The notes: a model not told the origin generated them from the sequence alone. Positions 1 through 10,420 are shown, numbered from the stretch's first letter. The stretch is 64,000 bases of DNA from an uncultured Acidobacteriaceae bacterium (GCA_963770245.1 CAVYOX010000005.1:169-64168); one strand, 5' to 3'. Program-made: numbers and translations.

Positions 1-468
1 ACGCCGCCCTTTTCCGCCCTCTGTTGCTCGTAAGCTTCCCAGAGGCAACCATCTTCTGCGCTCCACGCCGATCTGTGACGCCAGCGACCATGGCCGGACT
101 ATCTTCATCGTCGGCTCCTTTTCATTCTTGGATTTCTTCTGCTTGCTTTCTGGCGGCACTTCCCGCCCCGCCCGAACATGAAGACGCCTAGCGAGAAACC
201 AAAATTCGCCGCCATTGTTATGCACTTCATACACATTTACGGTGTCCTGAAAAAGTGAAACGACAAAGCTGATCGGCAGAATGATGCCGTGCCAAAGTCC
301 GAGCCAGAAACCTGCGACCGCACCATCAGGCGCTGGCGAGTCTTTCAGCACGTTCCGGCTTGCGGTGCAGCCACAAAGGAGGCAGCAGACAATCAGGAGC
401 AGCGTGGCAGGAATCACATTGTTGGCGTGACATTTTGTATCACCCTTTCTACGCTTTGGCTGGATCAT
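1..468 (-). CDS. putative small lipoprotein/membrane protein; the frame either leaves the window or is frameshifted near 205-212 (alternative stop at 105-107)
   Basis: ATG at 468-466. N-terminus MIQPKRRKGDTKCHANNVIPATLLLIVCCLLCGC has a lipobox-like LCGC, followed by hydrophobic GFWLGLWHGIILPISFVVSLF. After YEVHNNGG a shifted frame reads a second hydrophobic stretch, NFGFSLGVFMFGRGGK. It is absent from the ORF track because the starting frame has no stop inside the window. Confidence 0.3.
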   Translation of the reverse strand, partial: MIQPKRRKGDTKCHANNVIPATLLLIVCCLLCGCTASRNVLKDSPAPDGAVAGFWLGLWHGIILPISFVVSLFQDTVNVYEVHNNGGEFWFLARRLHVRAGREVPPESKQKKSKNEKEPTMKIVRPWSLASQIGVERRRWLPLGSLRATEGGKGRR

Positions 469-847
469 ACGACCACTTACCCAGAGTTCAAAAAGGGAAT
501 GTCGGGCAGTTCGCTCAGAGACGCCCGTTTTCACCAAAAGCTCCGGTGGGCGGTCCACACATCCAAGGCATGCTTAGGTCCAAAATTTCCCTGTACTACC
601 CACGCCAGTGCGGGCGCACGTAAGCCCGTAGCCGCAAAGAGAAGGCCAGGGGCTCGGCTCGTGGGCGAGAGAAACCTAGAGGGAGGTATCTGCGCGGCTG
701 TGCCCGGTTTTGTGCCCACCATCAAACCCTACCGAGCGCTACCGAGTGTCAGAGCAGGCCTGGAAAGCCTTGCTGGACAAGTCATCTGTGGCACTTGTTC
801 ACAATTCGTAGCACTGCGTCTAAGTCTCTGATTCTTCGTGCGGCAAC

Positions 848-894
848 GGCTACGAACCAGAAGGTCGGGAGTTCGAATCTCTCAGGGCGCACCA
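848..894 (+). tRNA. orphan 3' half of tRNA-Arg(ACG); pseudo-tRNA, possible att scar
   Basis: Anticodon loop CTACGAA (ACG at 852-854), 3' anticodon-stem strand CCAGA, variable loop AGGTC, and T arm GGGAG/TTCGAAT/CTCTC. Then the acceptor 3' strand AGGGCGC, discriminator A and an encoded CCA. The upstream sequence gives no D arm, and AACGG cannot pair with CCAGA, so only the 3' half is present. Confidence 0.55.
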
Positions 895-926
895 TCTTTG
901 ACATCAAGTCCAGTTTTGTAAGGCAG

Positions 927-1644
927 CTACCAACGGCCAGCGTGAGCGCCACCATCCACGTGGAGAACTTCGCCGGTTACTTGACCGGCCTGTGCCAGGT
1001 AGAGAACCGCGTCGACAACGTCTTTTACTTCAACGATTTTTCCCATGGGCTGGAACGTCTTGAGGAAGTCCTTGGGATCATTCCCGTGCAACGGTGAATC
1101 GACCACACCGGGGGCAACGGCGTTGAAGCGAATCCCTTCTTTTGCATACTCAATGGCAAGGCTCCGGGTCACTGTATTCAGGCCCCCCTTCGTCATCATC
1201 GAAACCGACGCTTTTATGCTGGCGACGGGCTGATCCGCGAGCTCCGCGGTGATGCTCACAACGTTCCCCGACTTCTGTTTCAGCATCTGCTTCACGCTAA
1301 GCTGCGTGATGTAAAGAAATCCCAGCAGGTTGGTCAGAGACTAAAGCGTTGAAATCTTCAGTAGTAAAGTCCGTGAAAGGCTTGGTACGGTAGATGCCGG
1401 CGGTATTCACCAGAACATCGATGGTCCCGAAGTGCTGGATCGCAGCGTCGACGACTTTGGCAGCGGTTTCCTGCTTACCGATATCGCCATCGACGAGAAA
1501 CAGGCTGGGTGAGGCGGTGAGCGATTGACTGACGTTGAGGAACGTCGCAACAACGTTATAGCCCTCTACGAGGAAGGCCTCGACCACACCCGCGCCAATC
1601 CCTCCCGACGCTCCCGTGACGATGGCCGTATTATTGTCTGGCAT
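927..1644 (-). pseudogene. short-chain dehydrogenase/reductase (SDR), frameshifted near 1335
   Basis: ORF 1297..1644 begins MPDNNTAIVTGASGGIGAG (TGxxxGxG Rossmann motif). ORF 927..1295 carries the C-terminal half (NAVAPGVV...HVDGG). The two join as ...FNALVS|TNLLGFLYITQLSVKQML if one base around 1335 is removed. Confidence 0.8.
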
Positions 1645-2145
1645 GCAGGCCCATCTGTTGACACCAATGCAGTATTGCGATTAAACCAGAAACACGGAGA
1701 CGAATCTATTGGACGATGGTATTGGGTGATGCCTTCGCGTTAGCCGGAGCCACGAGCGCGTACTCGCTCGAAAGATTTGTCGCTACGCGACACCACGCTG
1801 CGCTGACGTCCGTAACCCGATACCAAGCTCCAATGGCGTTCTCCACTGCAGTGGCGCATCTTTGTGTCATGAAAGTGCCGCCAAAAAAACCGCCATGAAG
1901 AACGCGCTCAGCCGTGTTATCAAAACACTGCCGGATTGATGTTAACGGCGTTTCATCGCGGCTTGGGAACACCGAAACTGCAAGCAGCACAAACGAAAAC
2001 TGGATCGACCGGTAGTCGATCACGGTTACGACTCCACCCACCACAAACTTATCCATCGCGACACAAAGTCGGAGTAGGGATCATGATTGCTCACAACCCC
2101 CTCCACGGATCCGGACAGGCGGATTTCCCGCATCCGGCTCTTGCC

Positions 2146-4483
2146 TTAGGTGATGACGCCCATGCGGCGCAGGGGATAGGGATGACAGACGGTAGGCAGA
2201 GGCAGCCAGCGAGTGATGAGACGCCGCATGCGGTCCCAGAGGACGTGTCCGTTCTGGCTACGCCGCGACAGCGAGCGATGCCAGAGTCGTCCCACTTGGA
2301 AGCGAAAAAGAGCCAGCGCCGGGTTGTTCATGGGCACTCCGTAATACCGGAGGTGCCCACGCACCACCGCTTGCAACCACTTGCCCTGTTCGGGGATGGG
2401 TTCGTGCATGCGCCGCTGAAGTTCGGCTTTCACCTGCATTCAGCTTCGCCTGCAGCCTTTTGCGGATCGTTTGCCGCAGCACCGTGTACATTCCGTTGCT
2501 CCTCTTCTTCACGCAGATATGCGTAAAGCCGAGAAAGTTGAATGTCGCGGGCTTCCCTTCTCCACGCCTTTGCCGGTTGTTGATCGCAAATCGGACCAAA
2601 TTCCAGCAGCCGCGTTTTCTCGGGATGCAATTCCAGGTTGAACTTCCTCATTCTTTCGGTGAGTTCCGCCCGGAACTGTTCGGCATCCGCTTTGCTCTGG
2701 AATCCAACCACGATGTCGTCTGCGAATCGCACGACGATGACATCACCGTGCGCCCGCTTTCTGACGCCACGCTTGGATCCACAGGTCGAACACGTAATGA
2801 AGATAGACGTTCGCCAAAAGCGGCGAAGCACTTCCGCCCTGAGGCGTTCCTTCCTCCACCCGTATTCGCTTCCCATCCTCCAGCACGCCGGCGTTCAGCC
2901 ATTTCTGGATGAGCCGCACGACACGCCGATCTGCAATCCGGTGCTCGACGAACTTGACCAGCCATTCGTGGGAAAGCCCATCGAAAAAACTTTTAATGTC
3001 AAGATCGAGCACCCAGTTCACTTTTCTCGTCAGCAGTCCCGTGTAGAGCGCATCCAGCGCTTGGTGCTGGCTTCGCCCGGGTCGGAACCCGTACGAAAAG
3101 CCGAGAAAATCCGTTTCATAAATGGCGTTCAACACCTCGACCGCCGCACGCTGGACGATCTTATCTTCCAGCGCCGGTACTCCGAGCGGCCTTTGCCGCG
3201 TCGGGATAGAACGCAGGCGCTGTGTCGGTGGGCAGCAGGGAGTTGCCGTTACCGGCTCCTCATCGGATCACGCCGGTGCCTCGTTCCGCGCCTCGATCAG
3301 TTTCCTACGTCCCCCCATTTCATCCCGGATGGCGGGATTTCCCCGATCCGGTTGGGGATAGCAGCTTTCCCCTTGGGCCTTTCCACGATGATCCGCCACG
3401 TTAAGCGATGGCCCGCATCCTTTGGCGACCACCTGGTTTGCTCCAAGGCTCGACGTGCTCGTTTTCACCGACCTTCTCCGGCCACAGTGTGCCGGATGGT
3501 GTGCGTTGCACGCCCGCCACTACCCAGGGCCCCTTTGCTCCGGAGGCATTACTCTCCATCATTGCTACTACGAGCCCATGCGCGTGTCCTGTGGCCTCCG
3601 TGCCCCTTCGACCTTAGTCTCGTAGGCACTGGTCTTCGCCGCTTATGCCATCCACGGCTGGTCCACCGGACCGTCCTAGCTTTGACTGTGTGGCTTCTTC
3701 CGAAAGTGTCGTGCCCAGTACGCCGGGTGCTCGCTCGGTGTATACGGTCGGTTTCTTCCCGTGCGACAACGGCCTTCGCCACCGACGGATGGCTCGGCGC
3801 ACTCCAAGTGTTCCCGCAAGCGACTTCACGCGGGCGCCAACTTTCGACGTTGCAGGCATTTCCTTCGATTACGACCCTCTCGTTCACTTGCCCTCCTGGT
3901 CGCTCCCACGCAGTTTCGCGCGGCGAGGGCTTTGTCGCTCGAGCTTGCTTGGGATTCGTTTCCTCCTCCCAAGTCGAGCCAGTTATCCGGTTGAATCGAC
4001 CAATTTCCGGAGCAGGATTCGCACCTGCTAGTCACAGAGTTTTGCTAGCTGCACCCATCGGCCTTGGCGATGTACACCCTACGCACCGGCTTCGCTCGGT
4101 ACGCTCCCTCGCTTCAGCCTATCGGAGAGGTCCTGGAGATTCTCCTCCAGGTCCTCGCCGTAGTGCCGCCACGTCTCTCCGTCCACACCGGGCGCGGCTT
4201 CCTTCTTCAGACTGAAGTAGGCCGTGCGCAGTGTTTCCAGGTTGTAGATGTGGTGCAGGAGCGCCGTGAACCGCAACTTCTTATCCTTTGCTGCTGCTTG
4301 ACGTACCCGCTCCAGCGCACTGGGCGCGTCTTCCCGGCTCGGTGTCCGGGACGCGTTTTGCTGGGGCAGGTTCCCTTTGGCCAGACCTCTTCCCTCCATC
4401 CCCTCCGCCGCCGGTTGCCCGGCCTTGTTCGGGGACTTCCTCGGTACTTCAGGTCTGTCCGACTTCCCAGGTCCGTTCGTCAT
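2146..4483 (-). pseudogene. group II intron reverse transcriptase/maturase, four frameshifts plus an 855-nt insertion
   Basis: The pieces lie in ORFs 4079..4483, 2743..3135, 2430..2876, 2258..2599 and 2146..2439. Recognisable stretches are LLHHIYNLETLRTAYFSLKKEAAPGVDGETW, YRAKPVRRVYIAKADG, RQRPLGVPALEDKIVQRAAVEVLNAIYETDFLGFSYGFRPGRSQH, VVRFADDIVVGF, FNFLGFTH and RGHLRYYGV. The frame changes near 4102, 2755, 2596 and 2437. Confidence 0.85.
3200..4054 (-). mobile_element. ORF-less group II intron nested inside the RT gene of the outer intron
   Basis: Removing 3200..4054 joins gat gg|g cgg caa, which gives ...YIAKADG-RQRPLGVPALEDK in frame. The insert starts GTGCAGCTAG..CTAGCAGGTG (the same GTGC-hairpin-AGGTG layout as the outer intron). 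It has a DV-like hairpin CCGGATCGGGGAAATCCCGCCATCCGG with a 2-nt bulge. Its DVI-like stem is ACGTAGG/CCTGCGT with a bulged A 8 nt from the end, ...TCTATCCCGAC. No credible ORF is present. Confidence 0.6.
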
Positions 4484-4834
4484 CGGCGTTCGTCCTTAGA
4501 CTTCCCGATGCGTCCCAAGGCTACTGCTGCCCTGGGCGGACCTGGGATCTCCCGGTTCCCGCGCGAGGTGCTTGCGTACGTGCACGGGGTCTCTGACCGC
4601 GCGGGACTCTGGCGCACCTCGCGATATCGGTGCACCCGATCGAGCCTTCCGCTTTCTCCTACAGCGTCGGCGTCCCGAAGTGATTGTCTTACGCGGCTGA
4701 ATACCCGGCCCGCACGCTCCCCTGTCAACGCTTCGACACCGCCCTTGCGAGCGGCTCCGCATGACTCGGGGCCGATGTGGGTCGCTGATCCACTTTCGTA
4801 TGACTTTTTCATTCACTACACCTCGCCGGTTTAG

Positions 4835-5712
<878 letters not shown>

Positions 5713-5972
5713 GCCACCAGCTCGTAAGGCAGCAGTGATTTTCCCCGGATGGTTTTGGATCCCTGCCGGGCCGACCTGATCTTTGCGTGGACTGGGAACG
5801 AACCCAATCCACGCAAAGGCCGGCGCTAAGGATGAAGACCTTACGAGTGCTTCGCGCTTTGACGGGAACCGAATGCGGCTTCGCCGATTCGGTTCGCCCC
5901 CATCGCGGAGGTAGGAATCAGAACACCGGAGACTCGCCCAATGACAGGCCGACGCAAACTCGATCCTCCCAA

Positions 5973-6449
5973 CTAACGGGACGCCTTGTCTGGATAGTTC
6001 TTGGGAGATGCGTCGTATTTTGTGCTCTCCGGCTCGGATTGGACGGAGTGATCGATCGGCTTCACGGCTACGACCTGGTAACGGCGCTTCTTACGATCGC
6101 CGTCGGGGATCTTCATGTCGAGGATGTCCTTGGAAACCGTGAACTCACCCTCCTTGCCCACGGGAAGAAGAACGGGATGCTTACGATCGAGCGGCCGAAC
6201 ATGATACTCCATGTCGTCGCTACGCAGCATGTATTCGGGGCAAAGCTTCTCGTTGGAATTCACCGCCGTAATACCCGCCGAGGCAAAAATGCTGCCCAGG
6301 CCGCTAAGGCCACGCTCTTTGGCTCCGCAAGGGACGGCCTCCATTTGCTCGATCATGACTCGGTCGGGATGCTTTTTCTTGTCCCCGGCGAATGCAGGAA
6401 CTGCGAACATAAAGGCGAGCGCGGTGATCAGTAGCGTTTTGCTGGTCAT
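5973..6449 (-). CDS. secreted hypothetical protein
   Basis: Signal peptide MTSKTLLITALAFMFAVPAFA. No recognisable domain. The antisense ORF 5787..6434 looks spurious. Confidence 0.5.
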   Translation of the reverse strand: MTSKTLLITALAFMFAVPAFAGDKKKHPDRVMIEQMEAVPCGAKERGLSGLGSIFASAGITAVNSNEKLCPEYMLRSDDMEYHVRPLDRKHPVLLPVGKEGEFTVSKDILDMKIPDGDRKKRRYQVVAVKPIDHSVQSEPESTKYDASPKNYPDKASR

Positions 6450-6568
6450 AAGAGCCTCCGGTGAAAACTGCTTGGTCTTGCAAGTTGCTGCCAGGCGCCG
6501 GCGGAATCGAAAAGGGGAGGACCGGCGGACGGCCCTCCCATCCGAATGCAGCCCAGGCGCCTCCCTGT

Positions 6569-7975
6569 TTATTTATTCTGGGTTGCCTTGAGCGTCCTAG
6601 AGACATCGCCGGTCGACGGAGTAGCGGTCGTCGCCGGGTTAAATTGTTGTGCCAACTTGAGGAAAGCCTGCGGGTTCTCGCTCAATTCTTCGTGCGATTG
6701 AGGATGGGCGTTGAGGTAATCCTGCAGCGCGGGATGGTCCCTCAGATAGTACGGGTTCTTGGCCAGCGACGGGTCTCGAGAAAGTTCGCTGGAGATATTG
6801 GCGTGGTCTCCGAGGAACCTGTTAAAGCTCGAGAGTTCTACCCGATCCGGGTCATGATCCCGATGCATTGTGGAACCTTCGTGGTTGTCGGCACGATTCT
6901 CCTGCCGCATGAACGCATTTGGGTTTTCTTTGTATTGCTCGCGAACTTGCGGATGCTCGGCGAGGAATTGCTGCAGAGCAGGGTGGTCCGCGGCAAACTT
7001 TTGGTCATTGACTAGCGATGGGTCGCGCCTGAGCTGCTCGGCGATTTCCGGATGGCCGTCGAGGAAGCGGTCCAGGTTGGCTGATTCGGGCCGAGCGATT
7101 TCGCGGCCCTGGTTGTCTTCGCTGCGGTCGAAGCGATTCTCCGGCCGCATGAACGCATTTGGGTTTTCTTTGTACTGCTCGCGAACTTGCGGATGTTCGG
7201 CCAGGAACTGCTGCAGAGCCGGATGATCGGCGGCAAACTTTTGGTCATTGACTAGCGATGGGTCGCGCCTGAGCTGCTCGCCGATTTCCGGATGGCCGTC
7301 GAGGAAGCGGTCCAGGTTGGCTAGTTGGGGCCGAGCGATTTCGCGGCCCTGGTTGTCTTCGCTGCGGTCGAAGCGGTTCTCCTGCCGCATGAACGCATTT
7401 GGGTTTTCTTTGTACTGCTCACGAACTTCCGGATGATCAGCCAGGAACTGCTGCAGAGCCGGATGATCGGCGGCAAACTTTTGGTCATTGACCAGCGATG
7501 GGTCGCGCCTGAGCTGCTCGGCGATTTCCGGATGGCCGTCGAGGAAGCGGTCCAGGTTGGCTAGTTGAGGCCGAGCGATTTCGCGGCCCTGGTTGTCTTC
7601 GCTGCGGTCGAAGCGATTCTCCTGCCGCATGAACGCATTTGGGTTTTCTTTGTACTGCTCGCGAACTTGCGGATGATCAGCCAGGAACTGCTGCAGAGCC
7701 GGATGATCGGCGGCAAACTTTTGGTCATTGACCAGCGATGGATCGCGCTTGAGCTGCTCGGCGGTTTCCGGATGGGCGTCGAGGAAACGATCGAAATCGG
7801 CAAGCTGGTGCCGGGTGACGTCGTTATCCTTATCCTTGTCCTGCACTTGATCCTTGTCCTGCACTTGCGGCGACGTTGTCTGCGATTGCGCTCCCGCGGG
7901 TGTCGTGGCCCACAAGAGTGCGACCAAGGCTAGCAAAACGAGACAGTATGGAGTAAGTGGAGTTCTGCATTTCAT
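6569..7975 (-). CDS. secreted tandem-repeat protein (five copies of an 80-aa repeat rich in HP and NP motifs)
   Basis: Signal peptide MKCRTPLTPYCLVLLALVALLWATTPAGA. This is followed by repeats of LANLDRFLDGHPEIAEQLRRDPSLVNDQKFAADHPALQQFLADHPEVREQYKENPNAFMRQENRFDRSEDNQGREIARPQ. Confidence 0.8.
   Translation of the reverse strand: MKCRTPLTPYCLVLLALVALLWATTPAGAQSQTTSPQVQDKDQVQDKDKDNDVTRHQLADFDRFLDAHPETAEQLKRDPSLVNDQKFAADHPALQQFLADHPQVREQYKENPNAFMRQENRFDRSEDNQGREIARPQLANLDRFLDGHPEIAEQLRRDPSLVNDQKFAADHPALQQFLADHPEVREQYKENPNAFMRQENRFDRSEDNQGREIARPQLANLDRFLDGHPEIGEQLRRDPSLVNDQKFAADHPALQQFLAEHPQVREQYKENPNAFMRPENRFDRSEDNQGREIARPESANLDRFLDGHPEIAEQLRRDPSLVNDQKFAADHPALQQFLAEHPQVREQYKENPNAFMRQENRADNHEGSTMHRDHDPDRVELSSFNRFLGDHANISSELSRDPSLAKNPYYLRDHPALQDYLNAHPQSHEELSENPQAFLKLAQQFNPATTATPSTGDVSRTLKATQNK
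6880..7800. repeat. 240-bp tandem repeat array, about 3.8 near-identical copies, plus a diverged copy at about 6640-6880
   Basis: Blocks 6901-7140, 7141-7380, 7381-7620 and 7621-7800 align base for base with only scattered substitutions, for example gaacgcatttgggttttctttgtactgctcgcgaacttgcggatg in each. Confidence 0.9.
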
Positions 7976-8549
7976 AAAGATCAGATACCTCCTTGCACAA
8001 AGAGTTAAAGAAACATGGACCAGCTAACCCTGTGCATTACGGGAAATGCAACAACCGTGCCACGACCATAAGGTCGAGTATGTCGCCGAAATTCAGACGG
8101 TTGGAAGGGAACTCAGTGAAATGCTGGAGGACGTCTGAGGAGGGAATTTTCGACACGACAGCGGAAATTCGCTATATCGCAGATCCCCTAGGGTGTTGCG
8201 GGTAGTAGCCAACTTCGAAATGGGACGCCCGCAGAGAGCGCAGCTTTTCGCCCCGCCTCCAACGCTTTCATCGCGCCTTATATTTCTTCATCATCTTCTT
8301 TTTCTGTTCTTTTTCGTTGAAATCGCACTCCAGCTTGGCCTTTGCCAAACAGGGTTCGTGTGCGGGCACCTATCTTGTCCGCAAGGAGCAATGCCCAATC
8401 CACTGCTTCTGCAAGTCCTCAGGTGCCCCTCTTCCGCGTTTACATTCTTCGACCAGTGTCCTACCATATTCGCGGTCGGGTTTTCCACAAGGACCTGCAC
8501 GTTGCTCCCAATGTGGTTGAGACGCGCGAATGCGCCAGGAGGGCAGCCC

Positions 8550-8714
8550 GTGAGGAAGTTCTTAGAACGACTCTGGTCCGATGAAGGCGGCCAGGATATT
8601 GCCGAGTACGCCGTGATGTTGGCCGTCATTCTCGTGATCGTTGTCGGTACGATCCGTCTGATTGGCTCCAACGCCAACAACGTGTTCTCGGAGGTTTCAA
8701 GCGCTATTCAGTAA
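8550..8714 (+). CDS. flp: Flp/Fap family type IVb pilin
   Basis: VRKFLERLWSDEGGQDIAEYAVMLAVILVIVVGTIRLIGSNANNVFSEVSSAIQ. This shows the Flp signature G-x4-EY followed by a hydrophobic helix. GTG at 8550 is preceded by aggaggg. Confidence 0.75.
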   Translation: MRKFLERLWSDEGGQDIAEYAVMLAVILVIVVGTIRLIGSNANNVFSEVSSAIQ

Positions 8715-8746
8715 TGGCCGAGGAGTGCTGATGTGCACCCGTTCGT

Positions 8747-9187
8747 TCAGCCAATCTCTGCCATAACCCCGTTGAGCAACGAGGAACCTCTGCACAGCAG
8801 ATTGGATACAAACTCCGAAAGAGTTTGCGACGCAGGCGCCAGCATGCTTCTACCTAGCTGAAGTGGGGCCAGAGGCCTCGAACGCCGGCCCCTCGCCTCA
8901 CATCCCTGTCCCGGCTCAGACCGCAGATGGGCCATGACGGTGTCTGCCGCTGTTCGCGCCAGGACGGGATCCCCAGAAACGACTGTTACTTCTTTCACGT
9001 CCCCCGAATAAGCGGTGGCAACTTTCAGCACGACCGTTCCCTGAATACCATCTTTGCGAGCCGCCTCCGGGTAGTTGGGCGGCTCCTTCTGCACGATGAG
9101 CGCTGCAGCACTGTCTGCATCAGTACTCGGCGGAGTGTCGAGCCGGCGGACGGTGCGTTCGAGGAGCCGGGGACTGCGCGAATGCAC
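8747..9187 (-). CDS. TonB C-terminal domain protein (short, possibly truncated)
   Basis: PPNYPEAARKDGIQGTVVLKVATAYSGDVKEVTVVSGDPVLARTAADTV matches the TonB_C pattern (YP..A...GI.G.V.L...I...G.V....V..S). No N-terminal TM or Pro-rich region is evident. Confidence 0.45.
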   Translation of the reverse strand: MHSRSPRLLERTVRRLDTPPSTDADSAAALIVQKEPPNYPEAARKDGIQGTVVLKVATAYSGDVKEVTVVSGDPVLARTAADTVMAHLRSEPGQGCEARGRRSRPLAPLQLGRSMLAPASQTLSEFVSNLLCRGSSLLNGVMAEIG

Positions 9188-9750
9188 GCTGAAGACAATT
9201 TGCGTCGCACCGGAAGGAGTCCGTACGACGGCGTCACCTCCTTCAGGATCTGGCGTTGCAAGGTCCCAGGGTGATTGACTTGCATTGCCTCTACCAACTC
9301 TTCCACCTAGGCCTTCGATCGGGCACTAGACCCATTGCGTAAGGTCAGGGAGATTGCAATCGGCGCGTGGAAGTAGCAGACTTCCGTCTTGGGGCAAGCC
9401 CAAAAACCGCCAAAGTTTCCGCATTGAGGAGTTGGATATGGCTGCCTACGATTTCTCTCCGGTCGCAAGTCTTGCATCGCACTTTAGGAAACCAAGCGTC
9501 CATTGGAAAATGCCAACACTCCCACCGATCAGCGTCCCAAACGCCACACTGGCAGCCTACGATCGGGAACCAAAGGTGAACTGGAAAATGCCGACCCTTC
9601 CGCTTCTCAGTCTCGGAGATGTCCAGGCATCGAGATGATTGAAGTCGGACCCATCCAGGAAAAAACGGAAATCCGGCTTTCCATGGTTTCAGGCCCCGGC
9701 TCCCGAATCGCCTGATCAAAAAAAGCTTACACTTTGAGATCGCCGAAAAC

Positions 9751-10320
9751 TTGCACTCGAAATCCACTTTGATCGGAGCAGACATTTTGAGAATCTTCAA
9801 ACTACAGGCCTTCTGGGTCATGGTTGCCATCATGGGTTTCGGCGCGTTCCTGAGCGCGCAACAATCAAAATGGCCAGCGCCGGCTCCGGTGCCAGTACAG
9901 ATCGCTGCCGCACAGAAGGTGTTCATTTCTAACGCGGGTGGAGAAAGCTTCGAGACGGTCATCGCTCAGACGGTGTTCAATGGTGGCCCGGACCGGCCTT
10001 ACAATCAGTTTTACGCGGCGATGAAGGGTTGGGGCCGCTATGAACTTGTGCCTTCCCCCGAGGCTGCCGACTTGGTGCTTGAGATCAGTTGGGTGCTCGC
10101 TGACACAGGACTGAAACTCCCCGTTCTCGGTCAGCTTCGCTTGGTCGTTCTAGATCCTAAAACGCACGTCGCGCTCTGGAGTTTTACCGAGTATGTCCGG
10201 GGGGCGATACTGCTCGGGAACCGTGACAAGAACTTCGATGAAGCAATGAACACCGTCTTAGGCCGTATGAAGCAACTGCTCGATCAACCTGCGGCTACCT
10301 TAAACCAACCCCGGAAATAG
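9751..10320 (+). CDS. hypothetical exported protein (start uncertain; an ATG at 9820 gives MVAIMGFGAFLSA)
   Basis: Hydrophobic N-terminus and no recognisable motifs. Confidence 0.45.
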   Translation: MHSKSTLIGADILRIFKLQAFWVMVAIMGFGAFLSAQQSKWPAPAPVPVQIAAAQKVFISNAGGESFETVIAQTVFNGGPDRPYNQFYAAMKGWGRYELVPSPEAADLVLEISWVLADTGLKLPVLGQLRLVVLDPKTHVALWSFTEYVRGAILLGNRDKNFDEAMNTVLGRMKQLLDQPAATLNQPRK

Positions 10321-10420
10321 GCGCGCTTCTAGGAATGTGCCAAAGTCGCGTTCCCGACCGGTTCTCAGTTGATTTTTCCGGAAGAATATCTCGACCGGGG
10401 CTGTGGCCTTTAGAAAACTC

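Noticed and set aside
470-894. tmRNA (ssrA) ending in the tRNA-like TTCGAAT arm plus ACCA
   Set aside because: The acceptor 3' strand is AGGGCGC, not the ...UCCACCA needed for the G-G-G.U tRNA-Ala-like stem. An ACG anticodon loop is present, which tmRNA lacks. No GGGG 5' end and no tag ORF at a plausible distance were found.
816-894. Complete but odd tRNA (GCGTCTA pairing with AGGGCGC)
   Set aside because: The acceptor stem would need two G-U pairs and a mismatch. There is no U8 and no D arm with GG, and the anticodon stem has only 2 of 5 pairs. A 3' fragment explains it better.
1706-2056. 116-aa minus-strand ORF upstream of the SDR, as a possible HxlR-type regulator remnant
   Set aside because: There are only vague resemblances (C..AVENAIGAW.., ..SPNTIVQ) and no continuous wHTH motif. 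That is too weak to call.
2638-4215. 525-aa plus-strand ORF across the intron region
   Set aside because: It is antisense to the RT fragments and the nested intron RNA. It has no protein-like motifs and an Arg/Pro/Ser-rich composition.
5781-5818. Perfect 11-bp inverted repeat ctttgcgtgga-N16-tccacgcaaag between convergent genes, as a terminator
   Set aside because: There is no U-tract on either side and the loop is long. It may be a protein-binding site or an RNA stem, but I cannot support a terminator call.
6880-7800. CRISPR-like regular repeats
   Set aside because: The period is 240 bp with no unique spacers, and the array lies inside a continuous ORF. It is a coding tandem repeat, not a CRISPR array.
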